Assembly: GCA_963575745.1 (NCBI GenBank)
Contig: CAUYUJ010000225.1
Span: 1,240,001-1,304,000, forward strand
Length of the DNA stretch: 64,000 nt
Source: Prorocentrum cordatum
Taxonomy: Eukaryota
Direction: 5' to 3'
Shown here: positions 40,206 to 50,607 of the stretch, piece by piece
Layout of the letters: every line of letters starts with the position of its first letter
How positions within the stretch are numbered: the stretch's first letter is position 1
Program-made: the position numbers and the translations under genes
The notes under the pieces: generated by a model
Told to the model about the DNA's origin: nothing
Database searches by the model: none
What the model saw: the letters and a program-made list of their open reading frames with translations, nothing else

Positions 40206-43136
40206 TCAGACGCCCTTCTCGAGGTCGCCCCCCTCGCCCGCTGGCGCTGCCGCGGCGGGCCTGCCGAGGGCGCGCGGCAGCGGCCTCCCGCGCCCCCGGC
40301 GGCCGCGCGGGGCTCCGCCGAAGGCCGCGCAGAAGGCGCCCCCCGCGGCCGGCGGCGGCGCCGGCGCCGCGCCGCCGAGGCCGGCGAGCAGCGGGCCCTG
40401 CGCCACGGGGCAGCAGCGTGGGTCCGTGCAGACGGCCTGCGGCAGGGCTGGACCCCAAGCGCTGTTTTGCGTTTCGTTTGCGCTGTTCGTTGTTCGTTGT
40501 GCTCTGTGCCTGTTCTCCTGTGCCTCCCGGCCAGAGCGAACGACAAAGCACAGCCGAAGTCCAGCAGAACAGCGTTTAGGTCCAGCCCTGGCCTGCGGCA
40601 CTGGCGGGACAGCGCCAGGCCCGCCAGCCCAGGGGGCGGCGCCCTGAGGCCGAGGCGGCGGTGTCGTGGCCTCGGGAGCCTTTGCGCTCGAGGCCACGAG
40701 GCTGGCCTCCGCGTGGACGCCAGTGCGCTGACGCTCGCGACCCATGAGCATCACGGACGAGCCGTTGAGCATCACCAGCAGCATGGATCCCAGGTCGACC
40801 AGTATGGCACCCAGGAGGGACGTATGGCCTAAGAAGGTGAAGGCCACGAATACGACCTTGCTGGCCAGCGCGAACGCTATGTTCTGTCGGACCTTACGCA
40901 GCACGCACCTGCCGAGGCGGAACGCGAAGGCCAAGCGCATGAGGTTCGAGTCCATCAGGACAATGTCCGCCGCCTCCAGCGCTGCCGCCCGGCCAGCCGC
41001 CCCCATGGCCACGCCCACGTGGGACGCCGCCAAAGCGGGGACATCGTTGATGCCGTCTCCCACCATGGAGACCGTCTGGTAGCTCTTGCACAAATCCAAC
41101 ACCTCGGCGATCTTGTCATCGGGCCTCAGGCCCGATCTGATGTCGACAATGCCGGTGCTCTCGCCCACGGCTTTCGCGGCACCTCGGCCGTCTCCAGTGA
41201 GCATCGACACGGCAATGCCCATGCTCTTGATCTCGGCGATGGCATCCTTGGCCTCTGGTCGCGGGACATCTGCCACGCTGAGCACCGCGAGCAGCCTCTG
41301 GTCGTCGCCGACCCAGAGGACCGATCCGCCCTCCTCGGCCCACCTGTCCACATGGAGCTCTGTCGACCAGCCCATCCGAGCAGCTAGCCGCTCGTTCCCG
41401 ATGGAGACGCAGACCCCCTCCACAGTGGCTCGGACGCCTTCTCCATGGACCTCGCGATAGTCGGCCACGTCTGTGGGCAGCTGTGCTGCGTCGCGCCGCT
41501 TCGCCTCCGTCACGAGCGCGAGCGCCAGAGGGTGGCTCGAGCGCGCCTCGATGGCCGCGATCCAGCGCCACAAGATATCCTCGCCCTTGCCCGCTGCATC
41601 GGGGCTCACCATCTGGAATTCCCGCACCCGGAAGCAGCCCTCTGTGAGTGTGCCCGTCTTGTCCAGAGCCGCCATCCTAACAGCACCCAGGGTTTCCAGA
41701 TGTACCCCTCCACGAACGAGCATGTTATGTGTCGCTGCACATGCGATCCCGCTCATGTAGGTGACTGGCGTGGAGATCACCATCGCACAAGGGCACGCGA
41801 CGACCAGCAGGACGAGGGTCATGTAGAAACACTCGGGCGCACGCTCGCGAGCCACAAACCATGGGGCGATCATCAGAAAAAAAGCAACGGTCAAAATGCA
41901 CGGGGTGTACAGCCGGGCGAATCTCTCGACGGTCTGCTCCGTGTTGGAGCGCAACGCCTGGGCGCCCTCGACCATCTTCACGAGCTGACCCACGGCCGAA
42001 TCCTTGCCCTGTGCTGTTGTCTCCACCTCGGCGTAGCCGCTGAGGTTTGTGGTCCCGGCCCACACCTTGGAGCCGACGGCCTTGGGAACAGGCGCGGACT
42101 CGCCTGACAGAGCACTCTCGTCCACCAACAGTGCCCCTGCTGTCACCACGCCATCCACGGGGATCGAGTCGCCCTGCCTCACCACGACGGAAGCGCCCAC
42201 GGCCAGATCGGAGGCCGCCACGCGCTCGCCGCTGGAGAGCTCCGCCTCCTCGGGGCGGAGGGCCAAGATCTCCGCTATGACCCCGCGCGCGCGCAGCGTG
42301 ATGCGGGACTCGAGGAAATCCGCCGTGGAGAAGAGGACCAGAACGGTGGCTGCCTCGCAGAAGTTTTCCAGCGCCAGGGCGCCAAGGCAGGCCATCAGGA
42401 CGAGGGTGTTTATGTCCAGGTGGCAGCGTGTGACTCCAGAGGCCGCACGAACCAGGACCTTCGGGGAGGTGAGCAGCAGCGACAGCACCGCGCTGACCCT
42501 GCTGGACCAGAAAACAAACGGCACCACCCCACCTACGGCCCCACGGGCCGTAGCGTATACCAGGACATCTGGCGTGGGTTTTTGCATGGGATGCGCTACG
42601 GCCCCCGATGGGCTGGAGGGCCGTAGGTGGGGTGGTGTCGTTTGTTTTCTGGCCGACCTGTGCACGCTCCATGAATTCAAAAGGTAGCCCGCCACAGACA
42701 CCGCCAGCAGCGCCGCTGCGGCCAAGAGGCGCGCGGGGATGCGCTTCACGGGCGCCCCTCTCTCCAGCTTCTGCACGCGCGCCCCCAGGGCAGCCCGGTT
42801 GAGCGCGGCAACCAGCTCGGTCCCGCCCACCACCCTGGCGTCGTGCCTTACCGTAGCTGTCTTAGTGGCGGGGTTTATGCCCACTTCTTGGACGCCCGCT
42901 AGAGGGCTCAAGATGCGATCTATTACCGGCACTTCGGACGGGCAGCAGAGGCCGTCCACGTAGATGAGCGTGCTTGTGACGCCCACGGTTTTCCTGTTCC
43001 TGGCTTTCCTCTTGGACGGGACGCTGGCGCCGTCGTGCCCGTCTTTCTCCTCCGTGTCTCTGGCCACAGCGTCTTCGTCGAACTCGCTGTCATCATCGAC
43101 GAGTCTGGACCATGCCCACTGGAAGAACGGGCTCAT
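40206..43136 (-). CDS. P1B-2-type (Zn/Cd-exporting, HMA2/HMA4/ZntA/CadA-like) heavy-metal P-type ATPase. Predicted exons 43136-42658, 42498-40593 and 40436-40206 (871 aa spliced; 976 aa if unspliced)
   Basis: N-terminal HMA domain with GLCCPSE (CCxxE), actuator DESALSGES, transmembrane CPC, phosphorylation site DKTGTLT, HP motif (SSHPLA), MLTGD, hinge MVGDGINDVPALA, Lys in QNIAFALASK and DLG in the last helix (P1B-2 signature), and a Cys pair in the C-terminal tail. No stops or frameshifts. Confidence 0.96.
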   Translation of the reverse strand: MSPFFQWAWSRLVDDDSEFDEDAVARDTEEKDGHDGASVPSKRKARNRKTVGVTSTLIYVDGLCCPSEVPVIDRILSPLAGVQEVGINPATKTATVRHDARVVGGTELVAALNRAALGARVQKLERGAPVKRIPARLLAAAALLAVSVAGYLLNSWSVHRSARKQTTPPHLRPSSPSGAVAHPMQKPTPDVLVYATARGAVGGVVPFVFWSSRVSAVLSLLLTSPKVLVRAASGVTRCHLDINTLVLMACLGALALENFCEAATVLVLFSTADFLESRITLRARGVIAEILALRPEEAELSSGERVAASDLAVGASVVVRQGDSIPVDGVVTAGALLVDESALSGESAPVPKAVGSKVWAGTTNLSGYAEVETTAQGKDSAVGQLVKMVEGAQALRSNTEQTVERFARLYTPCILTVAFFLMIAPWFVARERAPECFYMTLVLLVVACPCAMVISTPVTYMSGIACAATHNMLVRGGVHLETLGAVRMAALDKTGTLTEGCFRVREFQMVSPDAAGKGEDILWRWIAAIEARSSHPLALALVTEAKRRDAAQLPTDVADYREVHGEGVRATVEGVCVSIGNERLAARMGWSTELHVDRWAEEGGSVLWVGDDQRLLAVLSVADVPRPEAKDAIAEIKSMGIAVSMLTGDGRGAAKAVGESTGIVDIRSGLRPDDKIAEVLDLCKSYQTVSMVGDGINDVPALAASHVGVAMGAAGRAAALEAADIVLMDSNLMRLAFAFRLGRCVLRKVRQNIAFALASKVVFVAFTFLGHTSLLGAILVDLGSMLLVMLNGSSVMLMGRERQRTGVHAEASLVASSAKAPEATTPPPRPQGAAPWAGGPGAVPPVPQARAGPKRCSAGLRLCFVVRSGREAQENRHRAQRTTNSANETQNSAWGPALPQAVCTDPRCCPVAQGPLLAGLGGAAPAPPPAAGGAFCAAFGGAPRGRRGRGRPLPRALGRPAAAAPAGEGGDLEKGV
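40437..40592 (-). mobile_element. hAT-like MITE (40443-40590, 8-bp TSD) forming a 156-nt GC-AG intron in the ATPase
   Basis: TIRs CAGGGCTGGACC...GGTCCAGCCCTG (12 bp perfect, ~27 bp imperfect) and a perfect 8-bp TSD GCCTGCGG at 40435-40442 and 40591-40598. On the coding strand the TSD is CCGCAG|GC, which supplies both donor and acceptor. Confidence 0.88.
42499..42657 (-). mobile_element. Introner-like MITE forming a 159-nt GT-AG intron in the ATPase
   Basis: 35-bp inverted repeats at 42507-42541 and 42618-42652 (34/35 match). Minus strand reads CACAG|GTCGGCCAGAAAAC...GTTTTCTGGTCCAGCAG|GGTC with CAG duplicated at both ends. Removal joins SWSVHR-VSAVLSLLL. Confidence 0.85.
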
Positions 43137-43198
43137 TCAGCCCCAACCTGTGCGACAGCAGGCAACATGGAAGACGCACTGGGCTGCCCAAGACAGCA

Positions 43199-43220
43199 CT
43201 TGAGCCGAACCAGCTACGGA
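43199..43220 (-). promoter_or_regulatory. Relict dinoflagellate spliced leader (DinoSL) upstream of the ATPase
   Basis: Minus strand reads TCCGTAGCTGGTTCGGCTCAAG versus DinoSL DCCGTAGCCATTTTGGCTCAAG: 18/22 identical, with the first 8 and last 8 nt perfect. Sense orientation, 62 nt before the ATG. Confidence 0.9.
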
Positions 43221-45967
43221 GCCTGCTTTGTAGTACTCACTACTCTTCGCACGCACCTCAGAACAACGGAGTATACCCTTGGATCCCGGAACCCAACCAA
43301 AACTCGACCCAAAACTCCTGATGGGCAACGTTCAGGCAAAATGTTCTAGCCTTGTCCAGTCACGACGACTAGCAGATCCCCAGGGGGCATGAAACAAGGG
43401 CTTGCAATGCCATCTATGCAATCTGCTATGGTCTGCTCGCTGCTGCATTCTGGTCCCACGTTGTCCCACAAAGACATTCATCGTCCATCTCCATCGCCCT
43501 CCCCGACGAAGCCTCCGGAGGCCTTGCCGAGGCTCCTGCAAGCTGCTGCAAGCTTCCTGGACTCCTGGGAGGTCCCGGAGCTTCTGAACATCCATGGAAG
43601 CCCGTGACGGGTTCCTAAAAACAAAACGGCCCACGGAGATGCCAGAGCCCCGCGTCCCAGACAGGACAGGACGGGCGGGAGGACAGGAGGAGGAGGAGAA
43701 GGTGGAGGAGGAGGATGATGAGGAGCAGGAGGAGAAGGAGGAGGAAGAGCGGCAGAGGCAATCCGCTCGCGCGCTCGAGTTGCCAGGGGCGCTCGGCACA
43801 TGAACTTTCCAGCTGCAAGAGGACGAAGTGGCGGGGAGGAGCGGCCGCAAAGGAGAGGAGGGGGACCAGGGTCCTCGGACAGAATTGCGGGATGAATGGT
43901 CACCTCCTCCTCCTCCTCCTCCTCCTCCTCCTCCTCCTCCTCCTCCTCCTCCGCCACCGCCGCCGCCGCCGCCGCCGCCACGCCTCCTCCGCCTCCTCCT
44001 CCTCCTCCCTCCTCCTCCTCCCGCCTCCTCCTCCTCCGCCTCCTCCTCCTTCCTCCTCCTCCTCCGCCTCCCCTCCCTCCTCCTCCTCCTCCTCCTCCTC
44101 CTCCCTCCTCCTCCTCCTCCTCATCATCATCATCATCTCATCATCATCATCACCCCCTCCTTCGTCCTCGTCCTCCTCGTCGTCCTCCTCCTCTTCTTAT
44201 TTCTGCTCCTCCTCTTCCTCCTCCTCCTCTCCTCCTCCTCCTCCTCGCCTCCTCCTCCTCCTCCTCCTCCTCCTGCTTCTGCTCCTCCTCCCCCTCCCCT
44301 CCCCCTCCTCCCCTAGGACAGGACAGGCGCCGATGTACGCCTCAGGGGGAGGGCGGCCCTCCAAGAGCTAAGCGGGGGGGGCACCAGAGCGCCGAAACTC
44401 AGGTGCCGTAGCACGTGATTACAATCAACCCGCATCATAAGGACGCAAGATAAGGATGCAACTGCCGTGGAAGGCCATGCCGACATTTTGCGAGAGGGGC
44501 GCGGCTAGCGGAAGCGGCCAAGGACGGGCCGAAGGGGAAGGATGCAAGGGTAACCTTGGAAAGTCGCTCATCCTTACTACGCGGGCTGACTGTACTTCAC
44601 GAGCCAGAACTTTGCACCACTCTGCTGGTACAGTCTTTCCCATGAGCCTGAGATCGGGGAGCAGGCAATGGAATAAGCAGCAACTTTCGGAGGTCCGCGC
44701 GGATTTCTTGGATCGGTGCTGGTTCCCCCTTCCTGGCACGCGGAGCGCGCCATGGGCGGTGTCAGAAGCGCCGCCAAAGGGCTCCAACGCTGATCCGCGA
44801 AATCCGCGCGGACCTCCGCGAAATCATGTTTATGTCATTGTTTGCTCTTCAATGAGAGCGCCCCAGAGCGCGCCGCGAAAGACTCAAAAGGCGCCAAGAC
44901 AGGCCCGAGTGCTCGGCCACGCGCGAATCGAGGCCATGCATCCGAAGCTGCAAACGTTTTACGTGCCAGGATTCCCTGAAGGCCCGCCGTGATTTGTCCT
45001 CTGCGGGCTCAATGCGGGGCGGGCCCCCTGCGGGTCCTGGCCGTGTTGGGTTCCTGAGAGATTGGCGAGGTGAAGAAGAATAGAAGGCTTGAGATACCCC
45101 CCGTGCGAAAAGCAACTGGTGTTTTTGTACGCATTCCCCCCCGATTTCAACGTTCAATGCGGTGCCGATGGTTTGTCCGACACTCGGCGGTCGCGCGATC
45201 AACATTGAAATGGAGGGCCAGGGGGCTGGCCAAACACCAATTGCTCTTCGCAGGCTAATCTGCAGGCGCAGAGAAAGTTCTTAGGGAGGCCAGGAGCGCG
45301 AGTCACGGCGAGACCCCCGAGCACCCGAATTCTCGTGGACGCTTATTGGCGGTCCAAACGGCCCCAACTTTTCCCAAGATCGGCTCCAGACGGCCCAAGA
45401 CGGCTCCTATATGGGCCACGACGCCGCCAAGGCGCCCCAAGAAGGCTCCAAGAAAACCCCAATGAAGGCCTCCAGATGCAGATATACAATTGATTCCCAA
45501 CCATCATGTGTTGTTGGGCCCCCGTTATGAAAATACTACGCCCCGCGTCCCACATCACTTTCCTCCTTCCCTTCCTTCCTCCTCCCGTCCCTGACATTTC
45601 GGCACACCCCGCACACGCTTCGCAGCCCCATCGGGAGCTCCACGGAAGGTCCACGTGGCAGCGCACGCATGGCTGCGCCGCCCCCTGTTGGCACACCCCT
45701 CGCACGCTTCGCAGCCCCATGCGGCAGCGTCGGCATGGCGGCAGCATCCCCCATTTTAGCACATCATTCACGCGCCACGTGGCCCCATACGGCAGGGAGT
45801 TTCACCGAGGGCCCCAGCGCCGCCTCCATTTGGGCACACCCCATCACACGCTTCGTGGCCCCGTATGGAGCTTCGCCGAAGGCCCACGCGGCAGCGCCCG
45901 CCAGGCGGCGCCGCCTCCATGTGGGGAGCTTCACGCCGCTTCGGCGATGGTGGAATAGTTGTGCAAA

Positions 45968-47810
45968 TTGACCGGCTGACCGGTTGACCGGCTGACCGGC
46001 TGACCGGTTGACCGGTTGACCGGCTGACCGGCTGACCGGCTAACTGGCTGACCAGCTGACCGGTTGACCGGCTGACCGGTCGACCGGCTGACCGGCTGAT
46101 TGGCAGACCGGCTGACCGGTTGAACGGTTGACCGGCTGACTGGTTGACCGGCTGACCGGGCGACCGGCTGACCGGTCGACCGGTGACCACATGACCAGCT
46201 GACAAGCTGACCTGCGGACCGGTTGACCGGCTGACCGGTCGACCGGTCGCGGCTGACCGGCTGACCAGTTGACCGGTTGACCGGCTGACCGGCTGACCGG
46301 CTGACCGGCTGGCCGCGTGAAGAAGCTGATGAAGGCGCTGACCAGCTGACCGGTTGACCGGCTGACCGGCTGACCGGCTGACCGGTTGACTGGCTGACCT
46401 GCTGACCGGCTGACCAGGTTGACCGGTTGACCGAATGACCGGTTGACCGGCTGACCAGCTGACCGGCTGACCGGCTGACCGGCTGACCAGCTGACCGGCT
46501 GACCGGTGAACTGGCTGACCGGCTGACCGGCTGACCGGCTGACCGGCTGACCATGGCTGACCGGCTGACCGGTTGACCGGCTGACCGGTCGACCGGCTGA
46601 CCGGCTGATTGGCTGACCGGCTGACCGGTTGACCGGTTGACCGGCTGACCGGTTGACCGGCTGACCGGGCGACCGGCTGACCGGTCGACCGCTGACCACA
46701 TGACCAGCTGACAAGCTGACCTGCGGACCGGTTGACCGGCTGACCGGTCGACTGGTCGCGCTGACCGGCTGACCGGTTGACCGGTTGACCGGCTGACCGG
46801 TTGACCGGCTGACCGGCTGGCCGCGTGAAGAAGCTGATGAAGGCGCTGACCAGCTGACCGGTTGACCGGCTGACCGGCTGACCGGCTGACCGGTTGACCA
46901 GCTGACCTGCTGACGGGCTGACCAGGTTGACCGGTTGACCGGTTGACCGGTTGACCGGCTGACCGGCTGACCGGCTGACCGGCTGACGGGCTGACCGACT
47001 GACCGGCTGACCGGTGGACTGGCTGACCGGCTGACCGGCTGACCGGCTGACTGGCTGACCGGCTAACTGGCTGACTGGCTGACCAGTTGACCGGCTGACC
47101 GGTCGACCGGCTGACCGGCTGATTGGCTGACAGGCTGAGCGGTTGACCGGCTGACCTGTTGACCGGCTGACCGGGCGACCGGCTGACCGGTCGACCGCTG
47201 ACCACATGACCAGCTGACACGCTGACCTGCGGACCGGTTGACCGGCTGACTGGTCGACCGGTCGCGGCTGACCGGCTGACCGGTTGACCGGTTGACCGGC
47301 TGACCGGCTGACCGGCTGACCGGCTGGCCGCGTGAAGAAGCTGATGAAGGCGCTGACCAGCTGACCGGTTGACCGGCTGACCGGCTGACCGGCTGACCGG
47401 TTGACCGGCTGACCTGCTGACCGGCTGACCAGGTTGACCGGTTGACCGGTTGACCGGTTGACCGGCTGACCGGCTGACCGGCTGACCGGCTGACCGGCTG
47501 ACCGGCTGACCGGTGGACCGGCTGACCGGCTGACCGGCTGACCGGCTGACCGGTTGACCGGCTGACCGGTTGACCGGCTGACCGGGTGACCGGCTGACCG
47601 GTCGACTCGCTGACCACATGACCAGCTGACAAGCTGACCTGCGGACCGGTTGACCGGCTGACCGTATGACCGGCTGACCGGGTGACCGGGTGACCAGCTG
47701 ACCGGTGGACTGGGTGACCGGGTGACCGGGTGTCCGGGTGACCGCGGGTGACCGGGTGACCGGCTGACCGGTTGACCGGCTGACTGGTTGACCGGGTGAC
47801 CGGGTGACCG
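45968..47810 (+). repeat. 8-bp (TGACCGGY)n satellite with ~508-bp higher-order repeat; second array at ~58545-59135
   Basis: TGACCGGC/TGACCGGT/TGACCGGG units. A marker insert GGCCGCGTGAAGAAGCTGATGAAGGCGC lies at 46311, 46819 and 47326. Confidence 0.96.
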
Positions 47811-50607
47811 GGCCTTCAGAGGCACGCGGGGAGACGCGACGGTGCCACCAGAGGGCTCAAAGACGCCGAAAGATCGCTCTCAAGATGGCCCCCGGACGGC
47901 CGAAGATGCCTCCAAGACGCCCCAAGAGGCCTCCAAGAGGCCTCCCAAGAGGGCCCGAAGAGGCAAACATGTTTGCTTTTCTATAATTTGTGTCAAAATC
48001 CTTAAGGTTTTCTCGTTTTCGGCTTCCCGACGCTCCAAGACGGCCCAAGAGGCCCCAAGATCGCCCCAAGACGGCCCAGGAGGCCCCCAAGACGGGCCCA
48101 AGACGGCCCAAGAGGGCCCCAAGACGGCCCCAGAGGCCTCCAAGACGGCCCAGGAAGCCCCCAAGACGGCTCCAAGAGGGGGCCCAGACGGGGGACCCGA
48201 ACGGAAATTTCGAGCCCTCGGCCTCCAGAAGCCTCCAGGATACCCCGAGAGGCCTCCGAAAGGCTCCAAGAAGCCCCAAGAGTCCCCTCGCGAGACAGGC
48301 CCCAAGAGGCCCCAAAACGGTCCCCAAGAGGCCTCAAAAATGCTTCCAAGAGGCCTCCGAGAAGCCTACCACGAGATCACAAACGAACACTCAACAGACC
48401 TTTAACCCAGAACCCAGGCACGGTGGCGGGATGGGCCGAAGGCCATTCGATCCGCCGTCCCCTGTTGATTCATCACAGGTGGGTTCCTTTTCCCCCCCTG
48501 AAAAAACTCCCCCTGGCTCTGGCCCAGCCCGCCGGCCACCCGGAAGGGCCCACACGAGGTGGTCGCAAAGGTTTTTCCTGCTCCCGACGGCTCCAAGATT
48601 GCCTAAGATGGCTTCCAAGAGGGCCAAGATGGCCTTCAAGTTCGCCGAAAATGGTCCAAGATGCCTTCTCAGACGGCCCAAGAGGGTCCAAGATACCTCC
48701 AAGTTCGCCCAAGAAGCCTCCAAGACGGCCCAAGGGGCCCCCAAAAGGCCTCCAAGACGGCCCAAGAGGCCTCCAAGAGGCCCTCCAGGAGAGCCCGAGG
48801 AGATCAAAATCAGTGATTTCCCGATTGTTTTTCAAATCTTTTGACATTTGCTTCTTTTTGGCATTCCGACGGCTCAAGACGGCTCAAGAGGCCCCCAAGA
48901 TCGCCCTAAGATCGCCCACGAGGCCTCCAGGGTGGCCCTATGACGGCCCAAGAGGCCCCCAAGACGGCCCCAAGAGGGCCCCAACAGACCTCCAAGACGG
49001 CCAAGATGGCCTCCAAGACGGCTAAGATGGCCCAAAGATGCCTCCAAGACGGCCCAAGATGCACCCAAAACGGCCCGGGATGGCTTCAAGATGGCCCAAG
49101 ACGGCTCAAGAGGCCCCCAAGAGGCCTCCAAGACGGCCCAAGAGGCCTCCAAGAGGTCCTCCAGGAGGGCCCGAAGATACCGAAATCAATGATGTTCCTA
49201 AGGTTTTTGATATATGTTGGCATTTGTTTTTTTTGTTCGGCATTCCGACGGTCAAAACGACCCAAGAGGCCCCAAGATCGCCCCAAGATCGACCACGAGG
49301 CCTCCAAGATGGCCCCATGACAGCCCAAGAGGCCCCCAAGACGGCCCCAAGACGGCCCAAGAGGCCTCCAAGACGGCCAAGATGGTCTCCAAGACGGCCC
49401 TGAAGCGTTGCAACACGGGCCCCAAGTCGGTTCAGAGAGGCCCCCAAGACGGCCTCCGACGGCGTCAGACGGATCAGGAAAGCCCTAAGACGGCCAAAGA
49501 GGCCCCCAAGAAGCCCCCAAAGGCCCCCAAGAGGCCCCCAAGAGGCCCCCAAGGGGCTCCATAGTGGTCCCGAAAGGCCCCCAGGAAGCTCCGCAGAGGT
49601 CTCCCAAGAGGCCCCCCAAGACGTTCCCAAGAAGTCTCCTCCTCCTCGTCGTCCTCCTCCTCGTCGTCCTCCTCCTCCTCCTCCTCCTCCTCCTCCTCCT
49701 CTTCCTAATCCGGCTTCTCCAGCCTCGTCCTTCTCTTCCAGCCTCCTCCTCTTCCTCCTCCTCCTCCTCCTCCACCATCATCCTTATCATCATCCTCATC
49801 CTCCTCGTAATAATCATCCTCCCTCTCCTGGTCCTCCTCCTCTTCCTGCTCCCCCACGCGCTCCCCGAAGTCTTTCCAAACCGATTTGGGAAAAAAACTG
49901 GCCGGATAGCTTGGCCAAGCTCTGGCCCAGCTGTCGGCCACACAGGCACTTCCAAACGGGCAAGGCGCGGCGGTGATTCGCCGTAGGAGTCTTCGATACA
50001 GATGCCCGTACTTCCCGTCCTGACCAGAATCTCGAAGCGAAGCCAGCCGTGGCGGCGAGAACTCTCCAGGACGAGCAGCGGTATCGGCATCTCAGCCGGA
50101 TCCTCCTCCCCTCCTCGCCCCTGGACGGGTTCGGAGCGTCCGCGTTCCCACCCGAAGCGCGCCATGCCCACGAGAGGCGACGAGCCAGACGCCCCTCGGG
50201 GCCCCAGCGCGCCGAGCCCCCATCGGCGAGGACTGCCTGAAGCCCGCCGCGCACCCTCGCGCCAAAGGCGAGCCCAGCGCGACGTCGACCGCGTCGTCCT
50301 CTTCCTCCTCCTCATCCTTCTCGTCGTCCTCGTCCCCCTCCTCCCCCCCTCCTCCTCCTCCTCCTCCTCTTCCTCCTCCTCCTCCGTCATGAGTAAGGGT
50401 AAGAGAAAGACGAATAAAGATGACGGCGGCCAAGAAAACCATCGGAGTATTTCGTGGTAGTCATCGCCACGGAAGCACGCGCCTCAAGCCACGAATCTCC
50501 GCCTAGGCGCCTAGGACAGTTATGGTCGCATGGATGCACCAGCCGACGCGCAAGGACCCTTGCGGGAGTCACTGGATACCAATATGCGTAGATGTATAAG
50601 GCGCAAG

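Noticed and set aside
43178..43198. Second, older SL relict downstream of the first
   Set aside because: TGCTGTCTTGGGCAGCCCAG resembles the SL too weakly to support.
45768..47825. 685-aa and 562-aa 'SRSAGQPV' ORFs
   Set aside because: Products of the 8-bp satellite; the same peptide appears in all three minus frames.
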